Shown here: positions 41,114 to 52,216 of the stretch, piece by piece | How positions within the stretch are numbered: position 1 is the stretch's first letter | How the letters are laid out: every line of letters begins with the position of its first letter | Origin: a virus | IMG/VR virus record: IMGVR_UViG_3300028610_002494 | Span: 47,838-111,837 of that record | Length of the DNA stretch: 64,000 nt | Reading direction: 5' to 3' (one strand) | Translations under genes and position numbers: made by a program | Notes under the pieces: generated by a model | What the model was told of the DNA's origin: nothing | Databases searched by the model: none | The model's input: the letters and a program-made list of their open reading frames with translations, nothing else

Positions 41114-43084
41114 ATGAAAAATATTGTAATAATTGCAGAAAAACCAAGTCAAGGAATCAATATAGCTGAAGCATTTAATCTTACTGAAGTAATAGATGGA
41201 GCAAAGATTAAGGATGAAATATTTAATGTAAAGATTCATTGTGGTGAATTTCAAAATGATAATTTAATTTTAATTTCAGCAAAAGGACATATAATGGAAT
41301 TACGAGGTCGAAGTCCTAATATTATATATTTTGGTTTTGAATGGAAAGAACCAACAATAAGAGATAAGGACAAACGTGCCAGATTTTTGTTATTAAAGAA
41401 ATATATAAAAATAGCTGATGAAATTATAATTGCAACTGATGCAGATGATGAAGGAGAATTGATTGGATATAATTTGGTGAAATATTTTGGTAAGTTAGGT
41501 ATTACTACAAGAATGTTATTTATGTCTTTAACAGAACGAGAAGTTATAAGATCTTTTAATAATAGAGCTGGATTAAGGATTAATATTGCTTTAGCTGCAG
41601 AATTAAGATCATGGGCAGATAAGGTTTTTGGATATATTTTTAGTAAGTTTTTGACAAAATCATATATGAGTGTTGTTGTTAATTCAGGTTATATTAAACT
41701 TCCTGTTGGAAGAGTAATGACTCCTATTTTAAGTTTAGTTGTTGACAGAATTAACTCAATAGAAAAAATAAAAAGTGAACTTAAAGATAAGAAACCAGTG
41801 ATTAAGATTGATTTTGATATCATTCCAAAAATGCCTTCTATTTCTATGTTTGATGAGAAATTTGATTTAGATGAGGATCAATATGATATTTCAATGGAAG
41901 ATGCATTAAAACTAAAAGAATTCTATGGTGTAATAGAAGGAAAAATTATTAAGGTATATAAAGAAGAACAAGAAAAAGAACCAAAAGAGTCTGGTTTAAC
42001 AATAGATGATATAAGAGAGTGGTGTTACAAAAAAGGAATAGATTATCATGAGACAGACCAAGTACTGCAAATGCTTTATAATAACAAGTTAATTACTTAT
42101 CCAAGGAGTGAATCTACTATTTTACCTAATCCTGATGATAAAGATATAGGAACACAATATTACAGAGAAATAATTGATAATTGTTTGGAACAATTAGGAT
42201 TATTTGATTATAAAAATGATCTTATAGAGACCTATGTGCCAAGAATGGGAACTGAATCCGATGGTGCTCATTATGCAATACATCCAACTAATATAAAATT
42301 AGAAACTGAACTTCCTCATATCCATAAATTTATTTATGAGTTTATTATGAGGAAATTTATTAAAGGTTTTGGTTTTCCAAAAATGTGGACTAACTATGTG
42401 TGTGAGGCACAATTTGAAAATGAAAATATTATATTATCAAAAACTATGAAATCTATTTTTTGGCAAGAAATAGATGATTTTGGTTATAAATGTGTAGATA
42501 ATCCTTCTAAGCTTAATTATGAGAGCTTAGAAGAAGATGAGATACCTATGATTGAAGTTGGAGATAATGTACCATGTTTAACAAAAATAGAAGAAAGGGT
42601 TGCAGTTGTTGTTCCTCCTGAACGATTTTCTAAAGAAGAATTATATGCTTTTTTAAAAGATAATCATTTAGGAACTGATGCAACACGTTCAATTATATTA
42701 CAGAAATTGTGGAATGGAAATTTATTAAAAGGGAATCCACCTTTTCCTACTGTACTTGGTAAAAGAATAATTGAAGCAATTAAATTAATAAATATTAAAT
42801 TAACTAAAACTCAATTAACAAGAGAATTTGAAGTGAATATGAAAAAGGTTAAAGATGGATCACATGAAGTTAATGATATTAAAAAAGATTTAAGAATTGA
42901 AATAATTAACATTGTAAATGCCAAAATTGGTATTATGGAAACAATTGGGAATAATATTGCTTTTTTTGGTAAATGTCAAAGATGTGAAGGAAGGATGAAA
43001 CTCATTTCTTATGTTAAACAAGGTCAAACAGGGTTCTTTTTAGCCTGTGAAAAAGAAAATTGTAATTATACAATGCCAATATAA
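41114..43084 (+). CDS. topA: Type IA DNA topoisomerase
   Basis: IAEKPS; GHI; ATDADDEGE; GRVMTP; ITYPRS (catalytic Tyr); AHYAIHPT; LGTDATR; C-terminal Zn ribbon. Confidence 0.92.
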   Translation: MKNIVIIAEKPSQGINIAEAFNLTEVIDGAKIKDEIFNVKIHCGEFQNDNLILISAKGHIMELRGRSPNIIYFGFEWKEPTIRDKDKRARFLLLKKYIKIADEIIIATDADDEGELIGYNLVKYFGKLGITTRMLFMSLTEREVIRSFNNRAGLRINIALAAELRSWADKVFGYIFSKFLTKSYMSVVVNSGYIKLPVGRVMTPILSLVVDRINSIEKIKSELKDKKPVIKIDFDIIPKMPSISMFDEKFDLDEDQYDISMEDALKLKEFYGVIEGKIIKVYKEEQEKEPKESGLTIDDIREWCYKKGIDYHETDQVLQMLYNNKLITYPRSESTILPNPDDKDIGTQYYREIIDNCLEQLGLFDYKNDLIETYVPRMGTESDGAHYAIHPTNIKLETELPHIHKFIYEFIMRKFIKGFGFPKMWTNYVCEAQFENENIILSKTMKSIFWQEIDDFGYKCVDNPSKLNYESLEEDEIPMIEVGDNVPCLTKIEERVAVVVPPERFSKEELYAFLKDNHLGTDATRSIILQKLWNGNLLKGNPPFPTVLGKRIIEAIKLINIKLTKTQLTREFEVNMKKVKDGSHEVNDIKKDLRIEIINIVNAKIGIMETIGNNIAFFGKCQRCEGRMKLISYVKQGQTGFFLACEKENCNYTMPI

Positions 43085-43096
43085 GAGGAAATAAAA

Positions 43097-43975
43097 ATGA
43101 ATAGAAATATAACTGAAATATTAACACGTGTTTTATTTGTTGTTTTATATGTTTGTGTTGTTATGTTATTATTTATATCAAACCTTATTTTTACTTATAT
43201 TATAGCTGGTTGTATTATAATATGTTTTATCTTATTTTTTATCTTATTTGTAATAATAAATTATGCAAAAATAAAGGATTATATACGTGGTTTTAATATA
43301 AGACGTTTAATAAAATGTCTTTCACAAGATATTCTAAAAAAAAGAAAACCTGAAAAAATATTTAAAATAAATGATATTGTTGAGTTGAAATTAATACAAG
43401 GTAAAACACATATTTATATTAAAGGTAAGGAGTTTATACAATGTATGTATCTTTTATTAAACATTCCTGTTGAAGAGATTGAAGATTATGATGAATATGA
43501 AAGTATTGATGATATTGCTGAAAGATTGGATCATTCTTTAGAAGGTAATAGAGGTGATATTGTTATTAGAGATGATGTTTCTAATCTTAATGGAGTTGAA
43601 TTTAGAGGTATTGAACTTAATATTGAACTTAATATTAATAGTAGAATAATTGATCCAGAAACTGAATTTATTGGACATTGTTCTAATTTACAGGTCTTTT
43701 TTGAAAATGGATTAGATACTAATATTTTACATTCAAATATTGCATTTCCATTATTAAAAAAGCTTTCAGAAGTAAAATATGAACCTGCTTTTCTTAGGTT
43801 TAGAGAAGAAATTGTAAAGAGGTTTAATGCTGGGAATGATAATGTAAGAGAGTTTCTTCATATTGAGGGATATCTTAATTATCTTAATGAAGAAGAGTTA
43901 AAATGTTTGGATGTTGATAAATATAACGAAAGTGTAAGAAGTTTAGAAAATATTGAAGTTTGGAGGTTTGTATAA
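43097..43975 (+). CDS. Membrane-anchored protein with Lokiarchaeia-type domain (usually N-terminal to LRRs)
   Basis: FKINDIVELKL..GKTHIYIKG..FIQCMYLLLNIP...SIDDIAERLD...EFIGHCSNLQ...LHSNIAFPLLKKL...EEIVKRF; family recognised from memory. Confidence 0.7.
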   Translation: MNRNITEILTRVLFVVLYVCVVMLLFISNLIFTYIIAGCIIICFILFFILFVIINYAKIKDYIRGFNIRRLIKCLSQDILKKRKPEKIFKINDIVELKLIQGKTHIYIKGKEFIQCMYLLLNIPVEEIEDYDEYESIDDIAERLDHSLEGNRGDIVIRDDVSNLNGVEFRGIELNIELNINSRIIDPETEFIGHCSNLQVFFENGLDTNILHSNIAFPLLKKLSEVKYEPAFLRFREEIVKRFNAGNDNVREFLHIEGYLNYLNEEELKCLDVDKYNESVRSLENIEVWRFV

Positions 43976-45572
43976 GATGTCAAAAAAAGAAGTAGAAAAA
44001 TATTTGTATGAAATAAAACAAAAAAAGATAACAACACAATTATTTTACAGTCTATTAATAAGTTCAATAGAAAAGAATATGGATAAACTAATACAATTTA
44101 ACGATCAACAACTTGATGAAATAATGGGTAATTTAAAAAGTAATATCCATACCAATGTTAATAGAATGTTAAAAATTACTATGAGAACCAAGTATGGATC
44201 AAGTAGTGCAAAACAAGCTATAATAAAAGGTTATTATACTTAAAAAATAAAAAGAGATGAAATAAAAAATGGAAATGAAATTAATAAAAATATTATTAAA
44301 GAATCTAAATAATGATTCTCATACAGTAGAATTGATTTTTAAAGATAATACTATTATAAGACTTTATTTTTGTTGCAATATATTAATGGGTATAAAAGGA
44401 ATAGATAACGTTTATTATATAAGTGAAAATATTAAATCAAATTCTATTATAGACGATTATATTAATACTATTAATATAAATAAAGACGTTCGTTTAAAAC
44501 GTGAAATTTTTATAAAAATAGCTAATAAAATAATTAAAAAATATTTTTCAAATCATAAAATGTTTGAAATTAAATAAGAAAAAAGAGTGATAAGAAATGT
44601 CAGAAACAAAATTAAGCTGGGAAGAAGTTTTTCAAATAAGAAGTAAGTTATACGATAAATTAATAGAAAAATACGGTAAATTACCTTCCAAGAAACAATA
44701 CATTTTAGATGTAATTGAAGATCGAGGTGGATCAGTTTCTCTACAACTTCTAAGTAAAATAATGCATTATAGAATAGATCTACTTGAGAATTGGGTATTA
44801 AAATTAAATGCTGAACATAAAATTAGTGTAAAAGGATTATATCCAGATTGGATATTAGTAAAATATAAAGGAAGTGATAAAAAATGAGTAAAAAACATAA
44901 ACTGTCTGAATTATTTTCAAGAAACTTTTTACTAAATAACCTAAAAGAAAAAAATATTGATGGTGAAACACATAGAATATTTAAATTTATTATACATAAA
45001 GATAAAATAAAAGAATTTATAGAACAGGTGAAATAAAATGGATAAAAAATATAAATTAATTGCTGAAGATTTAGAAGAATTTGAAGATGGAAGTATATTA
45101 CATTCTCGATTATGTTGTAGACCATTAACATCGACAGAATTAGAAGAGAGAAGAACAGAAGAAGGTGAAAGACAACAAAGAATTGAAATTTATAAATTAA
45201 GATGTGAACAAATAAGAGACAAAATACCTAAAACTAAAAAAGCAAAATTAGAATTCTTAAGAAAAAAAAGTTCTGAGTATAATCATGAATATCCATCATT
45301 AAATCCAGATTTTCAGAGTGCTTGTAAAAATTGTTATTATTATAGAATCTATTATAATTTTGGTTATATAGATTTTGGTAAAAGTCAATATTCAGATGAA
45401 ATTGATTTTGAAGGAGAAATAAGTATAGTTGGGAGTATAAAGCATATATGTAATTTCAATGGTTCTACAGAAATATGGATTAAATCCAAAAAATGTAAAT
45501 ATCATATACTTCGAAAACTTGAAGAGTTCAGAAGATTTCTTATGTTTAATATTTTGGATTGGAGTGGATATT

Positions 45573-46019
45573 ATGAAAATTAAAAACTTAAAAAGGATTC
45601 CTGTGATTATACTTACCATTGTTATATTTGTTTTATCTTCATTAAAACAAAAAATTCCACCTATTGGAGCATATAAAATTGATTATCTTTTTATAGTTCT
45701 TCATATAGGTGAATTTGGATTATTTAGTATGCTTTTAATGTTAGGGTTTTATCCACAATTTAAATCATATTATTTAGTGATGGGTTGTATATTATATGGG
45801 ATATTGGATGAGATACATCAATATTTTGTTCCTACAAGATTTTTTGATGTTTTAGATATATTATGTAATATTGTAGGAGCAATATTAGGTGTGCTTATTT
45901 ATTTTTTGTTATTATATATAATAATAAAAATTAGGACTCCAAAATGGGCAATAAATATAATGTCAAATGAAGTAAATACTATTGAACAATTTATAAAAAT
46001 ATTAGAAAAAGAGGATTAA
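45573..46019 (+). CDS. VanZ-like membrane protein
   Basis: HIGEFG...YGILDEIHQYFVPTRFFDVLDILCNIVG. Confidence 0.85.
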   Translation: MKIKNLKRIPVIILTIVIFVLSSLKQKIPPIGAYKIDYLFIVLHIGEFGLFSMLLMLGFYPQFKSYYLVMGCILYGILDEIHQYFVPTRFFDVLDILCNIVGAILGVLIYFLLLYIIIKIRTPKWAINIMSNEVNTIEQFIKILEKED

Positions 46020-46087
46020 TTTTAGTTAAAAATCCATTTTACAAAAATTTATATGTATAAATAGTCTTTATAAAATTAAGAATAAAA

Positions 46088-46321
46088 ATGATTGAAACAA
46101 TTAATATTGATGATTTGTATATAGGAGTTCCAGAACATATTTATAATAAGGAAGAAATTGAAAATGATTCTTATTTAATAAAAATGAAAGAAAATGTAGA
46201 AAATCTTCCTCCAATAGAAGTGATTGATTTAGGCAATGAATATTCACTTTCTAATGGTTATCATCGTGTTTCAATCTATAAATATTTAGGTATAAAAAAA
46301 ATTAAAGCAGAAGTTTATTAA
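46088..46321 (+). CDS. Minimal ParB/Srx N-terminal domain protein
   Basis: LPPIEV...YSLSNGYHRV...LG. Confidence 0.7.
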   Translation: MIETINIDDLYIGVPEHIYNKEEIENDSYLIKMKENVENLPPIEVIDLGNEYSLSNGYHRVSIYKYLGIKKIKAEVY

Positions 46322-46352
46322 AAATAAAAAAACTAAGGAGTTGGTTTAAAGA

Positions 46353-47453
46353 ATGGCAGAATTAAAAAAATTCAATACTAAACATGAAATCCATATAAAA
46401 CTATGTCTAACATTAGCAAAACATGGTTTTAAGTTTTTAGGAACATGGGATCTTGGTGAGGTGTCTGGTTTTTGTCAGGAGTGCGGACATCTTATTAGGT
46501 ATGAACAAAATTTTATAGATGTTCAAACTAAGGATGAATATACAATAGGATCAGATTGTATGTTTAAAATTTATATCTTAAGTCATTGGAGGACTCAAAT
46601 TAAAGAAAAAGATTTAGAGAATAAAGATCTTCAAAGAGCTGGTAAGTGGCTCTGGATAATTCATAGAGATGGTTATTTAAATAAGATGGATGAGATGCTT
46701 CCACAACCTAAAGATTATGATGGTGATTTCAAGAAATTAGCTGATGATTTGAAGGTTCTTGTATTGAAGATCAGAATTAATATCAAGAAAGAAATGGAAG
46801 AAAAAAAAAGAAGAAAAGAATATGAACTAAAACAAAAAATATTAGAAGAACAAAAGAAAGTACAAGAAGTATATTTTCAAGGTTGGATCATATCTCAAGA
46901 AATTAACATAAATAATTGTAATGACTGGGAAAAAAATTTCTTGGAAACAATGTATAAAGCTGAGATCAAGGATTGGGTATTATCTGATAAGCAAAAAAGC
47001 ATATTTAATAGAATTAAAGATGAGAAAAATATTCAGCAGGTTGTTGAGAACAATCAAAATCTTGGTTCTGTTGCAATAGTTAATGAAGTCTCAAAAAAGG
47101 TTGATTATTCTGAGCTAAATGATTGGGAAAAAGAATTTATGGAATCCATAGGTCAACAGGTTGATGCAGGAAGTGTTTTATCTCAAAAACAAATAGAAGT
47201 TTTAGATAAAATTGATGAGAAATTTACAAATGGTAAAGAAACTGAAGATTTTAGTGATTATATCGGAAAGAGAGTTCAATCTTGGTTAATTAGTGATTTA
47301 TCAGGAATTTATACAACAGGAATTGTAAAGGTTGTTAAGAAAGAAACTAATATGGCAATACTATGTAATGTATTAGTTGAAGATGATTCAGAAACGATTC
47401 TTAATGAAGTTTGGATACCTAAATCTCAACTTATAATTGATATAACACTTTAA
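46353..47453 (+). CDS. Hypothetical multi-domain protein
   Basis: CQECGHLIRY...IGSDC Zn site; two NDWEKxF...LSxKQ repeats; C-terminal KETNMAIL...WIPKSQ. Confidence 0.6.
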   Translation: MAELKKFNTKHEIHIKLCLTLAKHGFKFLGTWDLGEVSGFCQECGHLIRYEQNFIDVQTKDEYTIGSDCMFKIYILSHWRTQIKEKDLENKDLQRAGKWLWIIHRDGYLNKMDEMLPQPKDYDGDFKKLADDLKVLVLKIRINIKKEMEEKKRRKEYELKQKILEEQKKVQEVYFQGWIISQEININNCNDWEKNFLETMYKAEIKDWVLSDKQKSIFNRIKDEKNIQQVVENNQNLGSVAIVNEVSKKVDYSELNDWEKEFMESIGQQVDAGSVLSQKQIEVLDKIDEKFTNGKETEDFSDYIGKRVQSWLISDLSGIYTTGIVKVVKKETNMAILCNVLVEDDSETILNEVWIPKSQLIIDITL

Positions 47454-47500
47454 TTTTTTTATTTTATTTTTTCTAATTTTTTATTAATTTTAACTATTTT
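47452..47500 (+). terminator. Oligo-T archaeal terminator region
   Basis: Multiple T-tracts directly after the stop; a similar region lies at 51941-51963. Confidence 0.5.
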
Positions 47501-47660
47501 ACCTTATAAATTTCTTTATTATTTTAAACTTTAATAGTAAAAGGTTGATTTTATTGATTATATTTATAAACAAATGATTTAAATAATAGATAAATATATT
47601 TAACTTATATAAATTTAAATATAAATAAAATCAATAAAATTAAAAAAAGAGATAATAAAT

Positions 47661-48734
47661 ATGGATTTTAAACAAAAAAAACGTGCTAAATACTATGTAG
47701 CAGGTGGAATCTTAGCTCTTTGTTTAGTTATCGGTCTTGTAGTTGCTTTTTCTACAATGTCACCTTGGTATATGTGGTGGGATGATGATGATGTCGCACC
47801 AACTCCTTTAGCTTATTCTACTTTTGTATTGACTTCAGCTGTTGACGGTGAAGATGTATCAAGTTGGGCAACAATGGATATTTGGGTTCCAAAATCTGAT
47901 GCTGATTTTGATGAAGGTTATGAAGACATTACAGCTTTAACTCAAAACTTTGAAAGAGAGGAAACAGGGAAAGATGCTGATGATATTTCTTTAGATTTAA
48001 GCATTTATCCTTATGTGTGGGCTGAAATTGTCGGAAATGCACCTTGGCAAAATCATTTTGAGTTAATCATTACTGGTGGAGTAAATAGGGTACATAGATA
48101 CAATGTTCATGATGCAAGTGAAGCTGCTCCTTTTAATATCTTAGTAAGAAATACTGGAGCAAACCTGACAACTTGGACTGAAACTAATGGTGGAGGAATT
48201 GATTCAAATTATACTGGTGTTGTGGATGTTCCTTTAAGTTATTTAGCTGCAGCCAAATGTCATTATGGTGATAATTGGAATATTGATGCAACTGAATTTG
48301 GTGAGTTAACTGCTACCCAGCAAGAGTTCTATTGGAATCAAAGAAATTGGGCAGATCAATTTCCTACTTATGATCCAACTGTAGATACTAATAATGAATT
48401 TGAACGAGAGTTTGAAGTGTTGACCAATGTTTTCTGTGTGTATATACAGATGAATGATACAATTAGTGTAGTTGATGGTGCTGTTACACAACTAAATGTT
48501 ACACTTGGAAGAGGTCAACCTATTGAAACTGTTATTGCTGGAGCTAATTTATATTTCTTGTGGTATGAGGGATTCAATTTTCTTGATGGTGTAATGTCAT
48601 GGGATTTTGAAATGTCATTCGGAGATAATCTTACTGTCGCAACAGCATACTCAGGAAGAATAGATGTTCCTGCTGGAGCATCATCCATAACTGGTTTTAT
48701 AGCATATAATGAAATTGGTTTAGTTGCTGCATAG
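47661..48734 (+). CDS. N-terminally anchored acidic surface/structural protein
   Basis: Basic N-terminus plus TM, then an acidic beta-rich ectodomain with NxS/T sequons. Confidence 0.65.
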   Translation: MDFKQKKRAKYYVAGGILALCLVIGLVVAFSTMSPWYMWWDDDDVAPTPLAYSTFVLTSAVDGEDVSSWATMDIWVPKSDADFDEGYEDITALTQNFEREETGKDADDISLDLSIYPYVWAEIVGNAPWQNHFELIITGGVNRVHRYNVHDASEAAPFNILVRNTGANLTTWTETNGGGIDSNYTGVVDVPLSYLAAAKCHYGDNWNIDATEFGELTATQQEFYWNQRNWADQFPTYDPTVDTNNEFEREFEVLTNVFCVYIQMNDTISVVDGAVTQLNVTLGRGQPIETVIAGANLYFLWYEGFNFLDGVMSWDFEMSFGDNLTVATAYSGRIDVPAGASSITGFIAYNEIGLVAA

Positions 48735-48751
48735 TTTAAAGGTGAAAACTA

Positions 48752-50139
48752 ATGAAAACAAACAAAAGAAAGTCTAAAATTTTTTTTTTCTAATTTTTTT
48801 TTCTTATTTTATTTTAGTTGGTTTAACTAATCCTGTTAAAGCAAGTGTAAATTATACACCGACTATTGAAGCAGATTGGTTATATGTTGAAACAGGAAAT
48901 TTTGTTGATACTTCTCCTAATTCTTGGGAAACTGATATTAATATAGCAAGTGGTGGGATTGATTTATGGGATTTTGAAAATCTTGGAATTCTTTCTTATA
49001 CTAATGATGAAGTAATCTTTAAATCAAAAACTACATTTGGATTTGAAATCACGATGCATACTGATGTAGATTTTAGAGCTGTTTATCCTAATATAAATCT
49101 TGATAACCAACATAGTGAACAATTTTTCAGGATACAATATATGAATATTGATGGTGCTGAATCTGTATATTATTATGTAACATGGAATTCAATGGAGCTT
49201 GGTACTATGAGACAACATAATTATGACGGAACTATACCTATAACAGTAGGAATTAGGGATATATTAGGAAATAGTGGAACTATAACTATAAATGGTCAAA
49301 CATTTGATACACCAACATATGTTGCTGATGTGGTTAGAACAAGAATTACTGATGTTAATGATGGTGTAGTAGGTGCATATGATGATATATTTACTAATAT
49401 TGATGATGTAGATTCAGGAAGTGTTAGTTTTCAGGAACTTGAAGATGATTTTAGTGCTTCACAATCAAGAATAATTGCTTATGTTGATTCATCAAATCTT
49501 GGTTGGTCTGGTGGAAGTATTGAAGAAGGTCAAACATTACAACAATCAATGGTTGGTGGTTCTCAAAAAGGAGTGGAGTTTCATAATCCTACTATTTCTG
49601 ATTCTTATAGGTTTGATTTGAGTGCTCGAATCCAACCAGAAGTATCTAAATATTCCCAATATAATGATATTCGTGCTGCTGAAGTAAAATATTGGACTTG
49701 GGGATTATGGGCAGGAGATATGGATATATTAGTATCACCACATACCTATACAGCACCTGAAAGAATAGTAGCAATTCATACAGAAAATCAGTTTATTCAT
49801 TGGAATTTTGAAATAGATGTAGAATTTGTTGCAACAGTAGAATCAACAGCTGAATTAACACAAGCTATTTTAGATGATCCTTTTCTTAGAGCAGGAGATA
49901 TGATATGGGATGTAGGGTTTACTGGTGATTATGAGGTTGATATAGCATTACAGAAACGAGATCCTTTAGATATTTTTGAAGATATATTTGGGGATATTTT
50001 TGATTTTTTATTTGGGGATATTTTCAGTATTTTAATAGTTATTATAGTAGTTGGTGTAGGAATATATATATTTATTAAAGTAATTCCAACAATACAGAAA
50101 AGAAAATTAAGAAACAATCCAAAAAGAAATGGTTATTAA
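48752..50139 (+). CDS. Secreted, C-terminally anchored protein; signal peptide joined by a -1 shift at a T10 tract
   Basis: AGGTGA SD, then ATG 48752 gives MKTNKRKSKIFFF*. The -1 frame is open from 48778 (FFFLIFFSYFILVGLTNPVKA...) into ORF 49054-50139, which ends in a TM and basic tail. Confidence 0.7.
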
Positions 50140-51940
50140 GATGGACAAAAGAAAATTGAAAAAAAATGCTAAAATAATAGCAAAAAGAGGCACAGAAGCA
50201 GGAAAAACATATGTGAGAAGGAGAATTATAATAGTTGCTATAATCTTATTTATTATAACATTAGGAGTAGTTGTTGCAGTACAGTTTATTCCATTTATGA
50301 TAAATTTGTATGATGATGGTGGTAGTGGTGATGGTTATGTATCTTATGAATCTCTTCCATCCAGACCAGTATTAAATGATATCCAACCTGATCCAAATAT
50401 CGATGGTTCAATTAGTTTAGTATGGAGTGCTTCTGAACGCATTTGGTTTTATAATGTCTATAGAAAAAAATCAGGTTATACTGAAGAAAAAATAAAATAT
50501 GCTACAACCAGTACTTCATTTATTGATGCAGCTGCAAAAACAAATGGGCTTTATTATTATAGAATTGAAGCAGTGAATAATATTGGAGATATTTATTCAA
50601 GTTCACAATCAGTAAGAATTGAAATTGCTGCACTTCCAACAACTTCACGAGAAGCAGATTTATATTCGGTTGTTGTGGCTGCTGATGGAAGTACTGTATT
50701 AAGATGGACAATAGAATCTACAACGAGTCATACTGATAAAATTGAAAGAAAGATTGATGGTGGTACATGGTCAGAAGTTGGTATGCTAACAACAAGTGGC
50801 GGAGGAACATGGACTGATACATTAATTAATTATGGCTCATATGGATATAGAATAAAGTCTATGTATAATATGGTTATTCGATGGGATACTTACTATTCAA
50901 AAGAAGTGTGGGTTTTATTTGCTGGAATAGTACCAGATGCAACAACAGTTAGTACAATAACTCCAAATCCTGATACTGATGGTTCTGTGATAATATCATG
51001 GGCAAGTGTTCCAAATGTACCTAATTATGAATTACATAAAAGCATTGATAATGTTGTATTTACAAAATTGACAACTGTTAGTTCAACATCGTTTACTGAT
51101 TCTGGATTATCTGATGGAACTTATTATTACAAGGTAAAATGCATAGGAGTAGATTATGATTCAGGTTTTTCTAATGTAGAATCAGTTAGAGTACAACAAG
51201 ATATATATGTACCAATAATTCCAGTTGCGACAATAGTTCATACAATAAGTCCAGATCCTGATGATGATGGTGAAGTACAAATAAGTTGGGATACTATTTC
51301 AGATGCTGATGAATATGAATTACATAGGAGTATAGACAGTGTTAGATATACAATACTAACAACCATTACTTCAACAGTATTTACTGATTATGGATTATCT
51401 GATGGTTTAACTTATTATTATAAGGTGAAGTGTATAGGACTTGATGGTGATTCTGGGTTTTCAAATGTTAAATCTGTTGTAATAACATTTCCAGTATTGG
51501 TTCCTCCAACAAATCCTTCAATACTAATAAATAATGGTGAGTCAACAACTAATTCTTTGGATATTACAGTTAAAATCAGTTGTACCGATGCAACAACGAT
51601 GAGATTTAAGTTATCATCGGATACAAGTTGGACTTCTTGGGAAAGATATGGTACATCAAGATCATTTACATTACCTGAAGTATCACTTGATAATCCAAAT
51701 TTTAATGTTGCTGTTCAATTTCAGAATGCTGATGGTGAAACAGGTGAAACTGATGCTGTAGATGGAATTACATATGTTGAGTTGGAAGAGGAAGAAGAGG
51801 AAGAAGAAGAGACAACAACAGAACCATTATTAACAACTGAACAAATAGTTATTTTAGTGGTTATACTTTCACTTGCAGTTTCTGGTGTAATAATAATTCA
51901 AGTAATAAATAAGAGAAGAAAACTAAAACCTAAAATCTAA
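50129..51940 (+). CDS. Fibronectin type III repeat surface protein (N- and C-terminal TM)
   Basis: About four FN3-like units (I.P.PD.DG.V.ISW...YELH.S.D...FTD.GLSDG.YYYKV), poly-Glu linker, C-terminal TM. Confidence 0.85.
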   Translation: MVIKMDKRKLKKNAKIIAKRGTEAGKTYVRRRIIIVAIILFIITLGVVVAVQFIPFMINLYDDGGSGDGYVSYESLPSRPVLNDIQPDPNIDGSISLVWSASERIWFYNVYRKKSGYTEEKIKYATTSTSFIDAAAKTNGLYYYRIEAVNNIGDIYSSSQSVRIEIAALPTTSREADLYSVVVAADGSTVLRWTIESTTSHTDKIERKIDGGTWSEVGMLTTSGGGTWTDTLINYGSYGYRIKSMYNMVIRWDTYYSKEVWVLFAGIVPDATTVSTITPNPDTDGSVIISWASVPNVPNYELHKSIDNVVFTKLTTVSSTSFTDSGLSDGTYYYKVKCIGVDYDSGFSNVESVRVQQDIYVPIIPVATIVHTISPDPDDDGEVQISWDTISDADEYELHRSIDSVRYTILTTITSTVFTDYGLSDGLTYYYKVKCIGLDGDSGFSNVKSVVITFPVLVPPTNPSILINNGESTTNSLDITVKISCTDATTMRFKLSSDTSWTSWERYGTSRSFTLPEVSLDNPNFNVAVQFQNADGETGETDAVDGITYVELEEEEEEEEETTTEPLLTTEQIVILVVILSLAVSGVIIIQVINKRRKLKPKI

Positions 51941-52049
51941 TTTTATTTTTATTTTTATTTTTTAAGTATTATTGATTTAAAAGTTTAGAAAATAAGTATT
52001 AATTAAAATAAGTTTAAAATAAAAAATATAAAAGAGATGATAAAATAAA

Positions 52050-52214
52050 ATGGGAAAGAAAACAAGTTTACCAAAAAAAGCTAAGGTTGGAACTAAGGTT
52101 TCAAGAACAATAACAATAAATGGAAAGAAAAGAAAGCTTACTTGGAAAAGAACAAGACCACGTGGTAAAAATAAGAATCTAACATGGAAAATAGTTTCTA
52201 ATAAAAAAGCATAA
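52050..52214 (+). CDS. 54-aa highly basic protein (absent from ORF track)
   Basis: MGKKTSLPKKAKVGTKVSRTITINGKKRKLTWKRTRPRGKNKNLTWKIVSNKKA; no D/E residues; GAGATGA SD. Confidence 0.7.
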   Translation: MGKKTSLPKKAKVGTKVSRTITINGKKRKLTWKRTRPRGKNKNLTWKIVSNKKA

Positions 52215-52216
52215 AC

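Noticed and set aside
32192-43640. 12-bp coding tandem duplications (KNTFKNTF at ~32192; IELNIELN at ~43609)
   Set aside because: Two-copy in-frame slippage events, expected in AT-rich DNA; not a repeat system.
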